A stretch of 64,000 nucleotides of DNA, taken from the NCBI RefSeq assembly GCF_963921235.1, contig NC_086097.1:61754001-61818000 (forward strand). The letters run 5' to 3'. The position numbers were made by a program, and so were the translations under genes. Under the pieces are notes generated by a model. It made no database searches, was not told where the DNA came from, and was given only the letters and a program-made list of their open reading frames with translations. This document shows, in pieces, positions 51,070-64,000 of the stretch. Numbering within the stretch: the stretch's first letter is position 1; every line of letters begins with the position of its first letter. The stretch is from Mobula hypostoma (Eukaryota).

Positions 51070-52342
51070 AAGAAGAAAAGTCTTCTTACTGTGACCCAGC
51101 AGAAGAGTTCCAAACCCCATCATTGGTGAACCAGTTGCTACTAACAAATTCTAAAATACAAAGGGAAACAGGGAATGACCCGGCATTATCAAAGTCTATG
51201 GAATCACCATGCAAGGATGGCCAAATGACCAGTTCATTTTAACCCTGCATTTCCAGAGTTCTCAACGAGATGAGACCAACTGTCGGTATGTCAAAGGACG
51301 CTGGTGTTTGGATCTCATGTTGTAGTTCCCTTTAAACTGCACACCAGAGTGTTAAAGAATCTGCATGAAAAACACCTGGTTCGAGGGAAGAGTTAAGTTT
51401 GGTGGCCGGGAATAGATAAACAGATTGAAGATTTGGCCAAAGCTCTTTGGGATGCTAAAAAGTTCAAAATGCACCACCACAGGCACTGTTACATGTATGG
51501 TTGTGGCCGCCTTCACCATGGAAAAGAGTTCACCTGGCCATTCATGGACTCCATGTTTCTGATTGTGGTGGATGCTCATTCAAAGTGGCTGGAGGTTATA
51601 CTAATGAAGTCATTCACCTCAGCAAAGACTGTCTCTGAAGGGCTATCATCAAAAACAGCTTACCAGAACAAATTGTGAGTGACAATGCACCACAATACAC
51701 AACAGAAGAACTCTGACTGTTCATGAAGAAAAATAGCATCAGACATTTCAAGTCAGTTTCACACCTCCCAGCAATGAATAGGTTAACTGAAAGGTTTATC
51801 CAAACCTTCAAGAAATCCATTAAAGCGATGGACAAGGAAGACATTCCTCTGCAACACAAGGTGGGCAAATTCCTTTTTGTGTATCAGAACTCTGCTCATG
51901 TGATGATGTCAAGCACCTGCAATGCTGTTCATAAACAAGAATCTGCAATTTCGCATCGACCTCCTGAAACCAGATCTACGGAGGGAAGTACAGAATAAAC
52001 AGTTCAACCAGTTGCCAAGTGAAGGAGCAAGGAGTTTCAAGATTGCACAGGAAATCCTAGTGCGTGATTACTGAGAAGACAAGTGGATAACCAGTTGGAT
52101 AGCTACAAGATTTGGTCTACTGATGTACACAGTGGATGTTGTATATCACACATGAGACATCATGTGGACCAGACACTGATGCTCAACTGTAGAACACACC
52201 TAAGTCGACTGCATCCAACAAGACAGACATATTACGGTCACCAGGCCTTTCTCTCAGTGATGATGTCAATGTCAGCAATGTGACAGCGGAAACCTGGACC
52301 ATTTTCTTAGACAAGACACCTACCGAATCTGATGCTACCCCA

Positions 52343-55090
52343 CTGGTCCACAGAGATAATTTAAGGTAATACCTTCTCTAACCTAGTTGCTAACATTTTA
52401 AAAAAAAATTTGGATCTACGTTCAAAAGAGGTATCGGTCTATATGATGCACAATCAGTAGGATCTTTATTCTTCTTAAGAATTAAAGCAATAGAAGCTCC
52501 ATAAAATGATTGTGGTAATTTACCTGAATATTCTAGACAACCAAGGAGAGAGAATAGAGGAAAGAGACTTAAAAAATTCCACTGTAAAACCATCAGGACC
52601 AGGTGCTTTGCCAGAATTCATTGAGGAGATTACAGCCATTATTCATCTTTTAGTATCAGGAGGTTAAAGAATATTGTTTATACTCCTTCACTTAATACTC
52701 CAGAATGTATTATTTCACTAGATGCTGAGAAAGCTTTAGATAGAGTTGAATGACCATATTTATTTAGCGTGTTCGAGAAATTTAATTGTAGTCCAATACT
52801 TATATCTTGGATTAAATTGATATATCATACCCCTGTAGCTTTGGTTTGTACTAATAATCAAAGATCCCCCTTTTATCGTCTATCTTGGAGGTACTAGGCA
52901 AGAATGCCCTCTTAGTCCATTATTATTTGATATTTCCCTTGAACCTTTAGCAATTGCCATCCAAGACTCGCCTAACATTTTTGGTATTACCCGTGGAAAC
53001 GAAATACATAAATTATCATTATATGCAGATGATTTGTTATTATATATCTCTAATCCAGGGAAATCAATTCCCATTGATCTTTGTTGGATCAATTTAGTAA
53101 CTTTTTCTGGTTATAAATTGAACCTTAATAAGAGTGAACTATTTCCCCTAAATAAGCAGGTTCCTGGTTATGGATGTTTACCATTTAAATTGGTTACTGA
53201 CTCTTTTACATATTTAGGGGTTAAAATCACGAAAAAGCATAAAAACTTATTTAAAGCTATTTTTTTTTACCTTTAATTGATCAGATCAAACTTTTGTTTA
53301 CTAAATGGTCACCAATGTCTCTGTCACTGATCGGTCGGATCAATGCTATCAAGATGATTATTTTGCCTACATTTTTATATGTATTTCAAACGGTACCAAT
53401 TTTTATTCAAAAATCCTTTTTTGATAATGTTGATTCAAAAATGTCCTCATATATATGGCAGAACAAAAACCCTAGGTTAGGTAAAAGACATTTACAGAAA
53501 TCTAAAAAGGGGAGGGGGGAGGGTTAGCGCTCCTGAATCTTAGATTTTACTATTGGGCAATTAGCGTTCGATATTTAAAATTTTGCTTGTGGGACGGACG
53601 TAATTTCAAGTCCACATTGGGTAAATTTTGAATGTAATTCTTTACAAGGGTTTTCACTGGGTTCTATTTTAGGGACTTCGCCTCCTTTTACTCTTTCTAA
53701 ATTGTATAAATAAATGGATAATCCAATTGTTAAACATACTTTATGTATATGGTTTCAATTTTGAAAATTTTTTGGGTTGAATCAATTTATTTCAGCAAGT
53801 CCTATTATATCTAATTTCTTTTTTCAATCCTCCACTATGGATCAATCATATTTAGATTGGAAAATCGAAGGTATAGTACGATTTCATGATTTATTTTCGG
53901 ATAATTGTTTTATGTCCTTTAAACAACTATCTAATAAATATAATCTGTCTTGATCTCACTTTTTTAGATATTTACAGGTTAGAAATTTTTAAAATACTGT
54001 TTCTCCTAACTTTCCAGATTTATATTCAATAGATATTTTGGAAAAAATTCTAGATTTAAATACTTTTCAGAAAGGTGTTATAGCAATTATTTATAATACA
54101 ATTATGAATGTATGTACTAATGTATGTAATAAAATTAAGACTGATTGGGAAGGAGAACTTAAGATCATTGTACCGATTGAAAAATGAGAAAAAATTCTTC
54201 AATTAGTTAATTCATCCTCTATATGTGCTAAACATACGTTGACACAGTTTAAAGTAGTGCACAGGGCTCATATGTCTAAAGATAAATTACCTCGTTATTA
54301 CTCTTATATAAATCCTATATGTGATAGATATCACTCTGAGATAGCTTCTTTAACTCATATGTTTTGGTCATGTCCTTCGTTGAAAAAATATTGGAAAGAT
54401 ATTTTTGATATTATCTCAACTGTTTTGAGTATTGACTTACAACCTCACCCACTTACTGCTATTTTTGGGTTACCAATGATAGAATCAAGTCACTTAACCT
54501 CTTCAGCTCGTCGGATGATTGCATTTCTTACATTAATGGCTAGAAGATCCATTTTGCTGAATTGGAAAGAGATTAATCCTCCTATCACATTTCATTGGTT
54601 CTCTTAAACCATGCTGTGTTTAAATTTGGAAAAAAATTAGAAGTGTTGTTTATGATCCCTCTATTAAATTTGAAAAGACTTGGAGGCCATTTATTCAACA
54701 TTTTCATATGACGTTATTTGACCTTTTCCAAACTTATTTTATTTCTTTGTAATATTGGTTGAGAGGAAGGGAGTCGTCAACACTAAGGTTTCCTTTTTTT
54801 TAATGATGTTACATAACAGCCCATGTCTGTTTTTCAGTTTAGTTGATTAATACTGTTTTGATTAGTTTTTTTGGGGGGGGGGGTTACAGTTTTTTTTCCT
54901 TTTTCATGATTTTTCTTAGATATTTTTCTTTGTTTTATATTGTTCATCTATATCCTATATGATTGGGAGTTTTATCATTTAATTGCTAACTGGCTTTATA
55001 CTTAACTATAACAATGTATTCCCAATAACTTTGTACCATTACTATGCTACGTGTATTATTATGAAATTAATAAAAAGTTTGAAAAAGAAA
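52343..55090 (+). mobile_element. L1-clade LINE 3' half with an inverted 5' segment (52343-~52636 on the minus strand)
   Basis: Minus strand: GKAPGPDGF...YRPIPLLNVD...IISVDQ. Plus strand: SLDAEKA, RQECPLSP, LYADD, C-terminal Cys-rich motif ICDR..HMFWSC, ending TAATAAAAAGTTTGAAAAAGAAA. Confidence 0.9.
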
Positions 55091-55975
55091 TAATAGTAAA
55101 ATAAAACTCATGATATAATTCTGTAATAATGTGGGTTGAAATACTATCCTTTCACTTGTGTCACCTCCGTGACAATGGAGTAAGTTGTTGAGATAGAATC
55201 TTTATTTACTTTTAAGAAAATCTGTAAATAAGGCCGCTGAAACCATTAGTAGTCTCCTCGGGGAAATCCAATAATTCTTTTTTTTTGCCCAGGGATTAAG
55301 ATAAAAAATTTTTGCATCATTTTAACAATTCTTTCATTACATAAGCTGAGAGTGAATATACCTGATTTTTTAGCCTTTCCACTACAATGATAAAGTGTCA
55401 CAAATATCAAAGCAGTAATAACCAGAGTTTGTGATGGTAAACTTGTGGGTCAAGATACTGTGTGGGACTTTCTTACTGTTCTATGACTTGTAATAAAAAT
55501 AAATCACACCAGGTATGTGTAGACATGTGGATAAAGGCTGTTAGGTCCCTTGGGAGATAGCAGATATGGCAGAAACATAACAAAGTGCATTTGGGTGGTA
55601 ATATCATCTGTGAGCCAAAGGTTGTTGCTTTGCACACGAGGCTAAGGACACAGAAATCTCAGCTGATTCTCCAGCATTATTGAGGGAAGGCTACATTGTT
55701 GGATGTGCCATTTGCCAGATGCTGAAAAACCATGGCTACAAGGACTTGCTTACCGGGCAGACAAGAACTCATAGGGTTACTTTGAAGAGGAAGGGTTTAT
55801 CTTTAGTGTCTTGTTCTATAATTATCCGTCTATAGATATCACACATGTAGAATATCTTGTCACTATCATGTTACTGATTTGGTGTTATTGTTGAAGATAA
55901 TTTGATTGCTATGTCTCCTGCATTACAACAAAAACACTTTCTAGGCTTTAAAGCAATTCGGACACCTTTTAAAAA

Positions 55976-57190
55976 ACCATAAGACCATAAGACAAAGGAG
56001 CAGAAGTAGGCCATTCGGCCCATCAAGTCTGCTCCGCCATTTTATCATGAGCTGATCCATTCTCCCATTTAGTCCCACTCCCCCGCCTTCTCACCATAAC
56101 CTTTGATGCCCTGGCTACTCAGATACCTATCAATCTCTGCCTTAAATACATACAATGACTTGGCCTCCACTGCTGCCCGTGGCAACAAATTCCATAGATT
56201 CACCACCCTCTGACTAAAAAAATTTCTTTGCATTTCTGTTCTGAATGGGCGCCCTTCAATCCTTAAGTCATGCCCTCTCGTACTAGACTCCCCCATCATG
56301 GGAAACAACTTTGCCACATCCACTCTGTCCATGCCTTTCAACATTCGAAATATTTCTATGAGGTCTCCCCTCATTCTTCTAAACTCCAAGGAATACAGTC
56401 CAAGAGCGGACAAACGTTCCTCATATGTTAACCCTCTCATACCCAGAATCATTCTAGTGAATCTTCTCTGTACCCTCTCCAACATCAGCACATCCTTTCT
56501 TAAATAAGGAGACCAAAACTGCCCACAGTACTCCAAGTGAGGTCTCCCCAGCGCCTTATAGAGCCTCAACATCACATCCCTGCTCCTATACTCTATTCCT
56601 CTAGAAATGAATGCCAACATTGCATTCACCTTCTTCACTACTGACGCAACCTGGAGGTTAACTTTAAGGGTATCCTGTACGAGGACTCCCAAGTCCCGTT
56701 GCATCTCCGAACTTTGAATTCTTTCCCCATTTAAATAATAGTCTGCCCGTTTATTTTTTTCTGCCAAAGTGCATAACCATACACTTTCCAACATTGTACT
56801 TCATTTGTCACTTCTCTGCCCATTCTTCCAATCTATCCAAGTCTCTCTGCAAACTCTCCGTTTCCTCAGCACTACTGGCCCCTCCACCTATCTTCGTATC
56901 GTCAGCAAACTTATCCACAAAGCCATCTATTCCATAATCCAAATTGTTGATGTACAATGTAAAAAGAAGCGGCCGGAACACCACTGGTAACCGGCAGCCA
57001 ACCAGAATAGGATCCCTTTATTCCCACTCTCTGTTTCCTGCCAATCAGCCAACGCTCTATCCACGTATGTAACTTTCCCGTAATTCCATGGGCTCTTATC
57101 TTGTTTAGCCTCATGTGTGGCACTTTGTCAAAGGCCTTTTGAAAATCCAAATATACAACATCCACTGCATCTCCCTTGTCTAGCCTACTG
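55976..57190 (-). mobile_element. CR1 3' fragment (same subfamily as 59781-62280)
   Basis: ORFs 56911-57165 and 56069-56794 (-) cover RT and C-terminus; reversed (TCTTATGG)n tail. Confidence 0.9.
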
Positions 57191-58641
57191 TGAAAGACAC
57201 ACCATAACTGATAATCATTTTTTATTTCGAAGTCTCACACTCGGTATTGTGAGATTGATTCACTAAATGTCTATTGCTTAGTCACCACGCTTACTAATCA
57301 ACTTATAACACAGACAATTTGATCAACTTCATCCAGGACATGTTTTTTCCAGAGCTTCATTTGTTTATATTTAGGGTTGTTTTTGGTTCACTCTCGTTAA
57401 TTGCATAGTGAAAACTCAGCTTAATGAATCAAATTTGATTTTACTCTTTGTGAGCTGTGTGTCATCAGGCCAGTAAGTAGTACAATCAATTATTATTTGA
57501 GCATCTTTAGAGAAATTTTAATTTCATTGACAAAAACAGTTCATTGCTTTCCACTCCAGCTTTTAATCAGAACTAACTCAGGAAATGGAGCCTAAAGTGC
57601 AGATTGAACAGAAAGTCTAACAGAAACTGCATCAATATATTCCAAATAAAGCAAGCTGATTTGCCAGAAATAAAACACATGCCAATTATATGTATAACAT
57701 CAGTCTCAAATATTTACAAATATTAGGTCACCAGGCTTCATTGACATGAATATTATCCAGTCAGATGGCTCTGGTTGGAGAGAGTATCATCAATGGAGAT
57801 AATTTCTCGATTGTTAAATGATTGGAGAATAAAATGAGACCTAATCTATTGCTCTAGGGCAAGGTTTCTCAACCAGGGTACCTTGGAAACCATGGGTTCA
57901 ATGGAGGTCACTAGGGGTTCCAGAAGAAATCGTGATTAAGACAAACCATAGTTTTTTGAACTTTTCACAATGCATGATGCTAGCACTTGCAGTTGTGGGC
58001 AGTGACCGAGCAACTCCGAAGCAATCTCCTTAGAAGTCTCCCAGCCCAGTATGGCGGTGCATATTAGGACTGTGTTTATTTGGTTGAGTCCTTTCTCAGT
58101 TTTTGAAACCAGTTAGGAGAGACTGTTGAGAATTAGTGAGCGCTGTATTGCACAGAGGGGAGAACGGTAGGCTGATGAGGAGCATGGTGTGAATAGACTC
58201 ACCCAACTTGGACTGTGACGTCAGCCTCTCCCTCCCGAATTACCTCCCGCAATTTCCCCTTACACACTGCTGACTAACTTGTGGGAGTGAACAATTGTAG
58301 TAGACAATTGAAGAGGAAATTTTCATTCTAAAGAAGGGCTTTTTATGCACTGTAACTTAGAAGAACCTATTACCCAGGAAAGGAAAAGTCACTCAGTTGA
58401 TGACAACCTAATAAAGCTAGCACATAACATTTTAGTGGGCAAAATGGTAGGACAAGATGCAGTATGAGAAATTGAAAAGGTTTCACTCTCTAAAAGCTCG
58501 ATAAGTCGATGTATTGATGACATAGCACATGATGCTGAAGAGCGATAAACTGAAAAACAACAGCTTCTCTATCCAAGTTGATGAGTCAACAGATTTCACC
58601 AGTAAATGTCATGTTGTAGCACTTGTAAGATTTATAAATGA

Positions 58642-59300
58642 GAACACTCAGTCCTCTTTTATTGTCGTTTAGAAATGCATACATGCATTAAGAAATGATA
58701 CAATGTTTCTCCGGAGTGATATCACAGAAACCAGGACAAACCAAAGACTAACACTGACAGAACCACATAATTATAACATATAGTTACAGCAGTGCAAAGC
58801 AATACCATAATTTGATGAAGAATAAACCATGGGCACGGTAAAATAAATCTCAAAGTCCCCGAGTCGATCAACTCCCAAGACCCCGATAGCAGGCGGCAAA
58901 AGGGAGAAACTCCCTGCCATAAACCTCCAGGCCCCATCAACTTGCCGATGCCTTGAAAGCAGCCGACCACAGCCGACACTGAGTCTGTCTGTCCGAAAAC
59001 TTCGAGCCTCCAACCAGCCCCTCCGATACAGCCTCCCAAGCGCCTTCGACCTTGCCCCGGCCACTGAAACAAGCAAAGCCGAGGATTCGGGGCCTTCTGC
59101 TCCGGAGATCCCGGTTACCACACAGTAGCAGCGGAGGCGAAGTGGGCATTTCAGAAGTTTTCCAGATGTTCCTCCATACTCTTACGTCCGTCTCCATCAA
59201 ATCAGAATTGTGCACAGTCCCTACTTGACAGATTACAGATATCATTCACCGGAGAGGCTGCACTGCTGCCGTCGCGCCGCCATCTTCTCCTCCTCCCAAC
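58642..59300 (-). mobile_element. Non-autonomous retroposon, apparently complete, inside the hAT transposase
   Basis: Splits VRFIN|DGEIQEN; ATGA at both junctions; homologous to 5372-5916; 5' end GGAGGAGGAGAAGATGGCGGCG. Confidence 0.8.
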
Positions 59301-59780
59301 ATGATGGTGAAATTCAGGAAAACATTTTTTCTGATGCAAAAAGTTGCCCGAATCAAGCAAAAGCCATGATATATTTAATGCTTTGTTTTCATATCAGGAA
59401 ACAGATGGTCTGTCTTGGAGGAAACTTGCTGACATTTGTACTGATGGTGTCCCACCAATGGTTAGCTTCATGAGAGGTTTTGGCTCTCTTGTAGAAAAAG
59501 AAAATCCTGATGTTGCTTTCTTCACAGAGAGGTGCTGATATCAAAACCTCTTGGAGCTGAAATAAAAAGGGTTCTGGATGATATTGCAAAATGGTTAACC
59601 CTATTAAACAAAGACCAGATCACTCAGGAATGTTAAAAAAAAGTGTGAAAATCTGGACAAATGACATGCCGATCTCCTGCTACAAGGTGTTTGAGCTGAA
59701 AGGTGAATCGAAAGGATACTTTCAAGAAAATAATAGGCCAGATCTTGCAGAGTGCTTTGAAGATGATGAATGGCTGCAGA

Positions 59781-62280
59781 AACTACAGCAGGAGAAAGAA
59801 AAGGTGTGTCATAAAGACAACGTTATGATAATCGTTGGGGATTTTAACATGAAAGTGGATTGGGAAAACCAGGTCAGTACTGGACCTCCAGAGGGAAAAA
59901 TTTATAGAATGTCTAAGGGATAGCTTTTCAAAAAAGCTTGTTATTGAGCCCACTAGGATATCAGCTGTGCTGGATTGGTTGTGTAATGATCCAGAGGTGA
60001 TCAGAGAGCTTAAGGTTAAGAAACCCTTAGGGAACAGTGATAACAACATGATTGAATTCACATTGCAATTTGAGAGGGAAAAAATAAAATCCCATGTGTT
60101 GGTATTTCAGTGGAATAAAGGAAATTACAATAGCATTAGAGGGGAACTGGCTAAAGTTGACTGGAAGGGGACATTTGCAGGAAAGACAACAGATGGCTGT
60201 TTTTTCTGTGAAAAATGAGGGAAGTGCAAGACAGATATATTCCAAATAAGAAAAAATTTGCAAAGGGAAGAAGGACACTACTCTGGAAGTAAAGTGAAAG
60301 AAAGGGCATACAAGGGACCAGAGCTAGTGGGAAGATAGAGGATCAGGGAGCTTCTAAAAACTTGCAGAAGGAAACTAAGAAGGTCATTCGGAAGGACACG
60401 ATGAATTATAAGAGGAAGCTGGTGACTAATATCAAAGAAGATACTAAAAGCTTTTTAAGTATATAAAGGGTAAAGAGAGTCGATGGTGGATATAGGACCA
60501 ATAGAAAATGATGCTGAAGATATTGTAATGAGAGATGCAGAGATGGCAGAGGAACTGAATGTATATTCTGCATCAGTCTTCACATTGGAAGACATCTGCA
60601 GTATACCGGACATTCAAGAGTGTCAGAGAAGTGAAGTATGTGCAGTGAAAATTATGACTGAGAAGGTGCTTAGAAAGCTTGATGGTCTGAGGGTGGATAA
60701 ATCTCCTGGACCTGATGGAATGCACCCTTGGGTTCTAAAGGAAGTAGCTGGAGAGATCGCGGAGGCATTGATGATGATCTTGCAAGAATCGATAAATTCT
60801 GGCATTGTATTGGGTCACTGAAAAATTGTAAGTGTTACTCCGCTATTTAAGAAGGGTGGGAGGCAGCAGAAAGGAAACTATAGACCTGTTAGCCTGACAT
60901 CAGTGGTTGGGAAGTTGTTGGAATCGGTTGTTAGAAATGAAATGACAGAGTACCTGGAGGCACACGACAAGATAGGCCAAAGCCACCATGGTTTCCTGAA
61001 AGGAAAATCCTGCCTGACAAACCTACTACAATTCTTTGAGGAAATTACAAGCAGGGTAGACAAAGGAGATGCAGTAGACATGGTGTACTTGTATTTTCAG
61101 AAGACCTTTGACAAGCTGCTGCAAATGAGCCTGCTTAGCATGATAAGGGTCCATGGAATTACGGGGAAGTTGCTAGTGTGGGTGGAGCATTGGCTGGTTG
61201 GCATAAAACAGAGAGTGGGAATAAAGGGATCCTATTCTGGGTGGCTGCACATTATCAATGGAGTTCCAAAGGGGTCTGTATCGGGATCACTGCTTTTTAC
61301 AATGTATGTCAATAATTTGGTCTATGGTATAAATAGATTTCTTGCTCAAATTGCCGATGATACAAAGATAGGTGGAGCAGTGGATAGTGTTGAGGAAACA
61401 GAGAGCCTGCAGAGAGACTTAGATAGTTTAGGAGAATGGGCAAAGAAGTGGCAAATGAAATACAATGTTGGTAAGTGTACGTTCATGCACTTTGGTGGAG
61501 GAAATAAATGGGCAGATTATTATTTTGATGGGGAGATACTTCAAAATAAAAGATGCAAAATGACTTAGGAGTCCTTGTACAAGATACCCTAAAGGTTAGC
61601 CTCCAGGCTGAGTGTGTTGTGAAGAAGGTGAATGCAACGTTGGCATTCATTTCTAGAGGTATAGAATATAAGAGCAGGGATGTGATGTTGAGGCTCTGTA
61701 AGGCACTCGTTAGACCACACTTGGAGTATTGTGTGCAGTCTTGGGCTCCTTATTTCCAGAAAGGATATACTGACATTGGAAAGAGCTCAGAGAAGATTCA
61801 CGAGAATGTTTCCAGGAATGAAAGGGTTACCGTATGAGGAACATCTGGCAGCTCTTGGACTATATTCCCTGGAGTTCAGAAGAATGAGGGGGATCTCATA
61901 GAAGCATTCCTAATGTTAAAAGGCTGAACAGATTAGGTATGGCAAAGTTATTTCCCATGGTAGGGGATTCTAGGACAAAAGGGCATGATTTCAGGATTAA
62001 AGGACGTCCTTTTAGAATTGAAATGTGAAGAAATTACTTTAGTCAGAGAGTAGTAAATCTGTGGAATTTGTTGCATGACCGGCTGTGGAGGCCAAGTCAT
62101 TGGGTGTATTTAAGGCAGAGATAGACAGGTTCTTAATTAGCTAAGGCATCAAAGGTATGGGGTGAAAGCAGGGGAGTGGGGATTACTGGAAGAACTGGAT
62201 CAGACCATGATTGAATGGCAGAGCAGACTCAATGAGCCGAATGGCCTAATCTGCTCCTATATCTTATGGTCTTATGGTCT
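59781..62280 (+). mobile_element. 5'-truncated CR1 LINE inside the hAT element
   Basis: IVGDFN, KSPGPDG, IADDTK, RPHLEYC; (TCTTATGG)n tail. Confidence 0.92.
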
Positions 62281-63584
62281 GATAGAACACAATTGAATAG
62301 TATTTTTCCTCCCTATCCACACAAGTTTATGACTGGGTGAGAGACCGTTCCTCTGAATCTTCTTCTGAGCGTAAGAACCTGACTTCAAGAGAAGAGGAAG
62401 AACTTTGTGAGCTACAGTCTGATTGCCAGATAAGATTTATTGACGTATCCTGGACAAGTTCTGGATTTTTGTGGGAGAAGGGTATGCTGCCATTCATAGG
62501 AAAACAATGAACATTTTGCTGCAGTTTTCTACTTCTTATATGTGTGAGCAAGCTTTTTCTTGGTTACCAAGCATCAAGAGCAAGGACAGAAATTGACTAA
62601 TTTCAGATGAAGGTGAAATCCGTGTGTGTTTGTTATGTTTGCCTTTTGAGTTTTTAAAATTTATGTAAGGGAAAGAAAGATTAATTTCATGAAAAGTAAG
62701 CTAAGCTTAACTACCTGTTTCTTTTCAAGAAAGGTTGGCTAAAAAATTCATTCTTTACTTAAAAAAGCACTGACAATTATTTTTGGATTAATATATCTAC
62801 AACTTACTGATCACACTGATGTACTGTGAACTGTAGGCAAAATTAATTGTTACGCAGGGGTTCCCTGAAACCTAGATATTACTTCAGGAGTTACTCCAGG
62901 GCAAAAAGGTTGAGAAAGGCTGCTCTAGGGTACAAGTATATAGTATGAGTGTAAAATTATAAAAAGTTGACTTCAGCTGTGGTGATCATGAACTGAACAG
63001 ACTACTTAAAAACCCTTTCCAAGATTATCCTCCGAGGAATGAAATCTGTCATCCATATTTTACAATACCAGCCCCACCAGTGTAGTCAATTTTCAATTGT
63101 TCTTTTAAATGGTCCAACAAGCCACACTGTTTAGGGACAATTAGGGGCATAGCAACATTTTTATTCTTTTACTTACATGAGCCCATCACCTCCACTGGAG
63201 AAAAGGCCATCAAAATCAGCTCACCAATGTCCTCTCTTCTGGATCAGTATTTCACTTCTCTCTCAGGGATGAAGTCTTCGGAGTCCCTGTTGGTGTTTCT
63301 GTAGCCTGGGTTCTTACAGGATGGGGTTGCTAGCCCATGCCAAACCCTCCTGCTTTTGCATCTAGGCTGGGACCATTCATGGTGGAGTTCAACATCTTTA
63401 TCCTATTAACAAATGAAAGAAATAAACAAACTTATAAGGTCTAAAGTCATCCTTTACCTGTGTAGGATTAACTTAATCTCTTGTTAAGTTTAGTTTTGCT
63501 ATAATTAATGTGATAAATGGTGAAGTGTCAACATTTATCTATTTATCACATTAATTATATTATACCATTTTATACCATTTATCA

Positions 63585-64000
63585 GACAAGTGGGTAACAG
63601 TCAGGAGAGGGAAGGGGAAGAGTCAGGTACTAGAGAGTACCCGACTTGTTTGAGTACTGCTTGGGAGGACAGCCTACCTGGGGGAAGCAACAGTGGCCGT
63701 GCCTCTGGCACAGAGTCTGGCCCTGTGGCTCAGAAGGGTAAGGAAAGGAAGAGAAAGGCAGTAGTGATAGGGGACTCTTTAGTTAGGAGGTGATTCTGTG
63801 GACACAGGAAGGAAACTCGGATGGTAGTTTGCCTCCCATTTGCCAGGGTCCGGGATGTTTCAGATCATGTCCACGATATCCTGCTGTGAGAGGGAGAACA
63901 GCCAGAGGTTGGGGTACATGTTGGTACCAATAACATAGGTAGGAAAAAGGAAGAGGTCCTGAAAACAGACTACAGGGTGTTAGGAAGGAAGTTGAGAAGC
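63585..64000 (+). mobile_element. CR1 ORF1 region (same ORF1 type as copies A and B), running off the window end
   Basis: LPGGSNSGRASGTESGPVAQKG...VVIGDSLVR; VHVGTN. Confidence 0.85.

Larger units (their letters stand above)
38214..52343 (+). mobile_element. Degenerate Gypsy element (K02A2.6-like gag-pol) in three pieces: 38214-40290, 46119-46860, 51070-52343; 3' LTR missing
   Basis: 5' LTR ending CAACA at 38535; PBS TGGCGACAAG (tRNA-Ser-like); gag ALRDRLVC; protease [19 protein letters not shown]...YYLDD; RNase H CDTSPYG, NADSLSR; integrase FLIVVDAHSKWLEV, ERFIQTFKK. Confidence 0.88.
57860..62922 (+). mobile_element. hAT/Charlie DNA transposon with both TIRs and an 8-bp TSD, decayed transposase
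   Basis: TSD CTCTAGGG at 57852-57859 and 62923-62930; TIRs CAAGGTTTCTCAACC and GGTTGAGAAAGGCTG; FSIQVDESTD, ICTDGVPPM, WLQKL, FSTSYMCEQAFS. Confidence 0.92.

Noticed and set aside
58300..59790. Host ZBED5/ZBED8/SCAND3-like gene
   Set aside because: Bounded by TIRs and a TSD and full of stops; an ordinary hAT fossil.
1..64000. CRISPR arrays, rRNA/tRNA genes, prokaryotic operons or defence systems
   Set aside because: No regularly spaced repeat-spacer array or gene-dense structure. RT ORFs belong to eukaryotic LINE/LTR classes, and the only tRNA-like sequence is a SINE head.

Overview
This is a 64 kb vertebrate intergenic or intronic window made almost entirely of nested transposable elements, and I could support no host exon. 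The repeat set (CR1 LINEs with SGNH-esterase ORF1, a V-SINE/HE1-like SINE, Penelope, Rex1/Babar, RTE) suggests a cartilaginous fish (inference). There are three nested clusters. (1) An RTE LINE (10.9-20.7 kb) is split by a Penelope element and by a Tigger transposon. The Penelope holds a young two-LTR Gypsy element, and the Tigger holds a palindromic Penelope terminus with hammerhead-like cores. (2) A Gypsy element (38.2-52.3 kb) is split by two CR1s, one containing an antisense CR1 of its own family, and is cut off by a 5'-inverted L1. (3) A complete hAT/Charlie transposon (57.9-62.9 kb, 8-bp TSD) carries two retroposon insertions. The standout observation is the non-autonomous Gypsy element at 12260-16233. 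In place of most of pol it carries intronless, internally deleted fragments of a sarcomeric myosin heavy-chain rod (MYH16-like), consistent with host mRNA captured and carried by an LTR retroelement. All family assignments come from visual motif recognition and recalled protein sequences, not database searches, and boundaries of old fragments are approximate.
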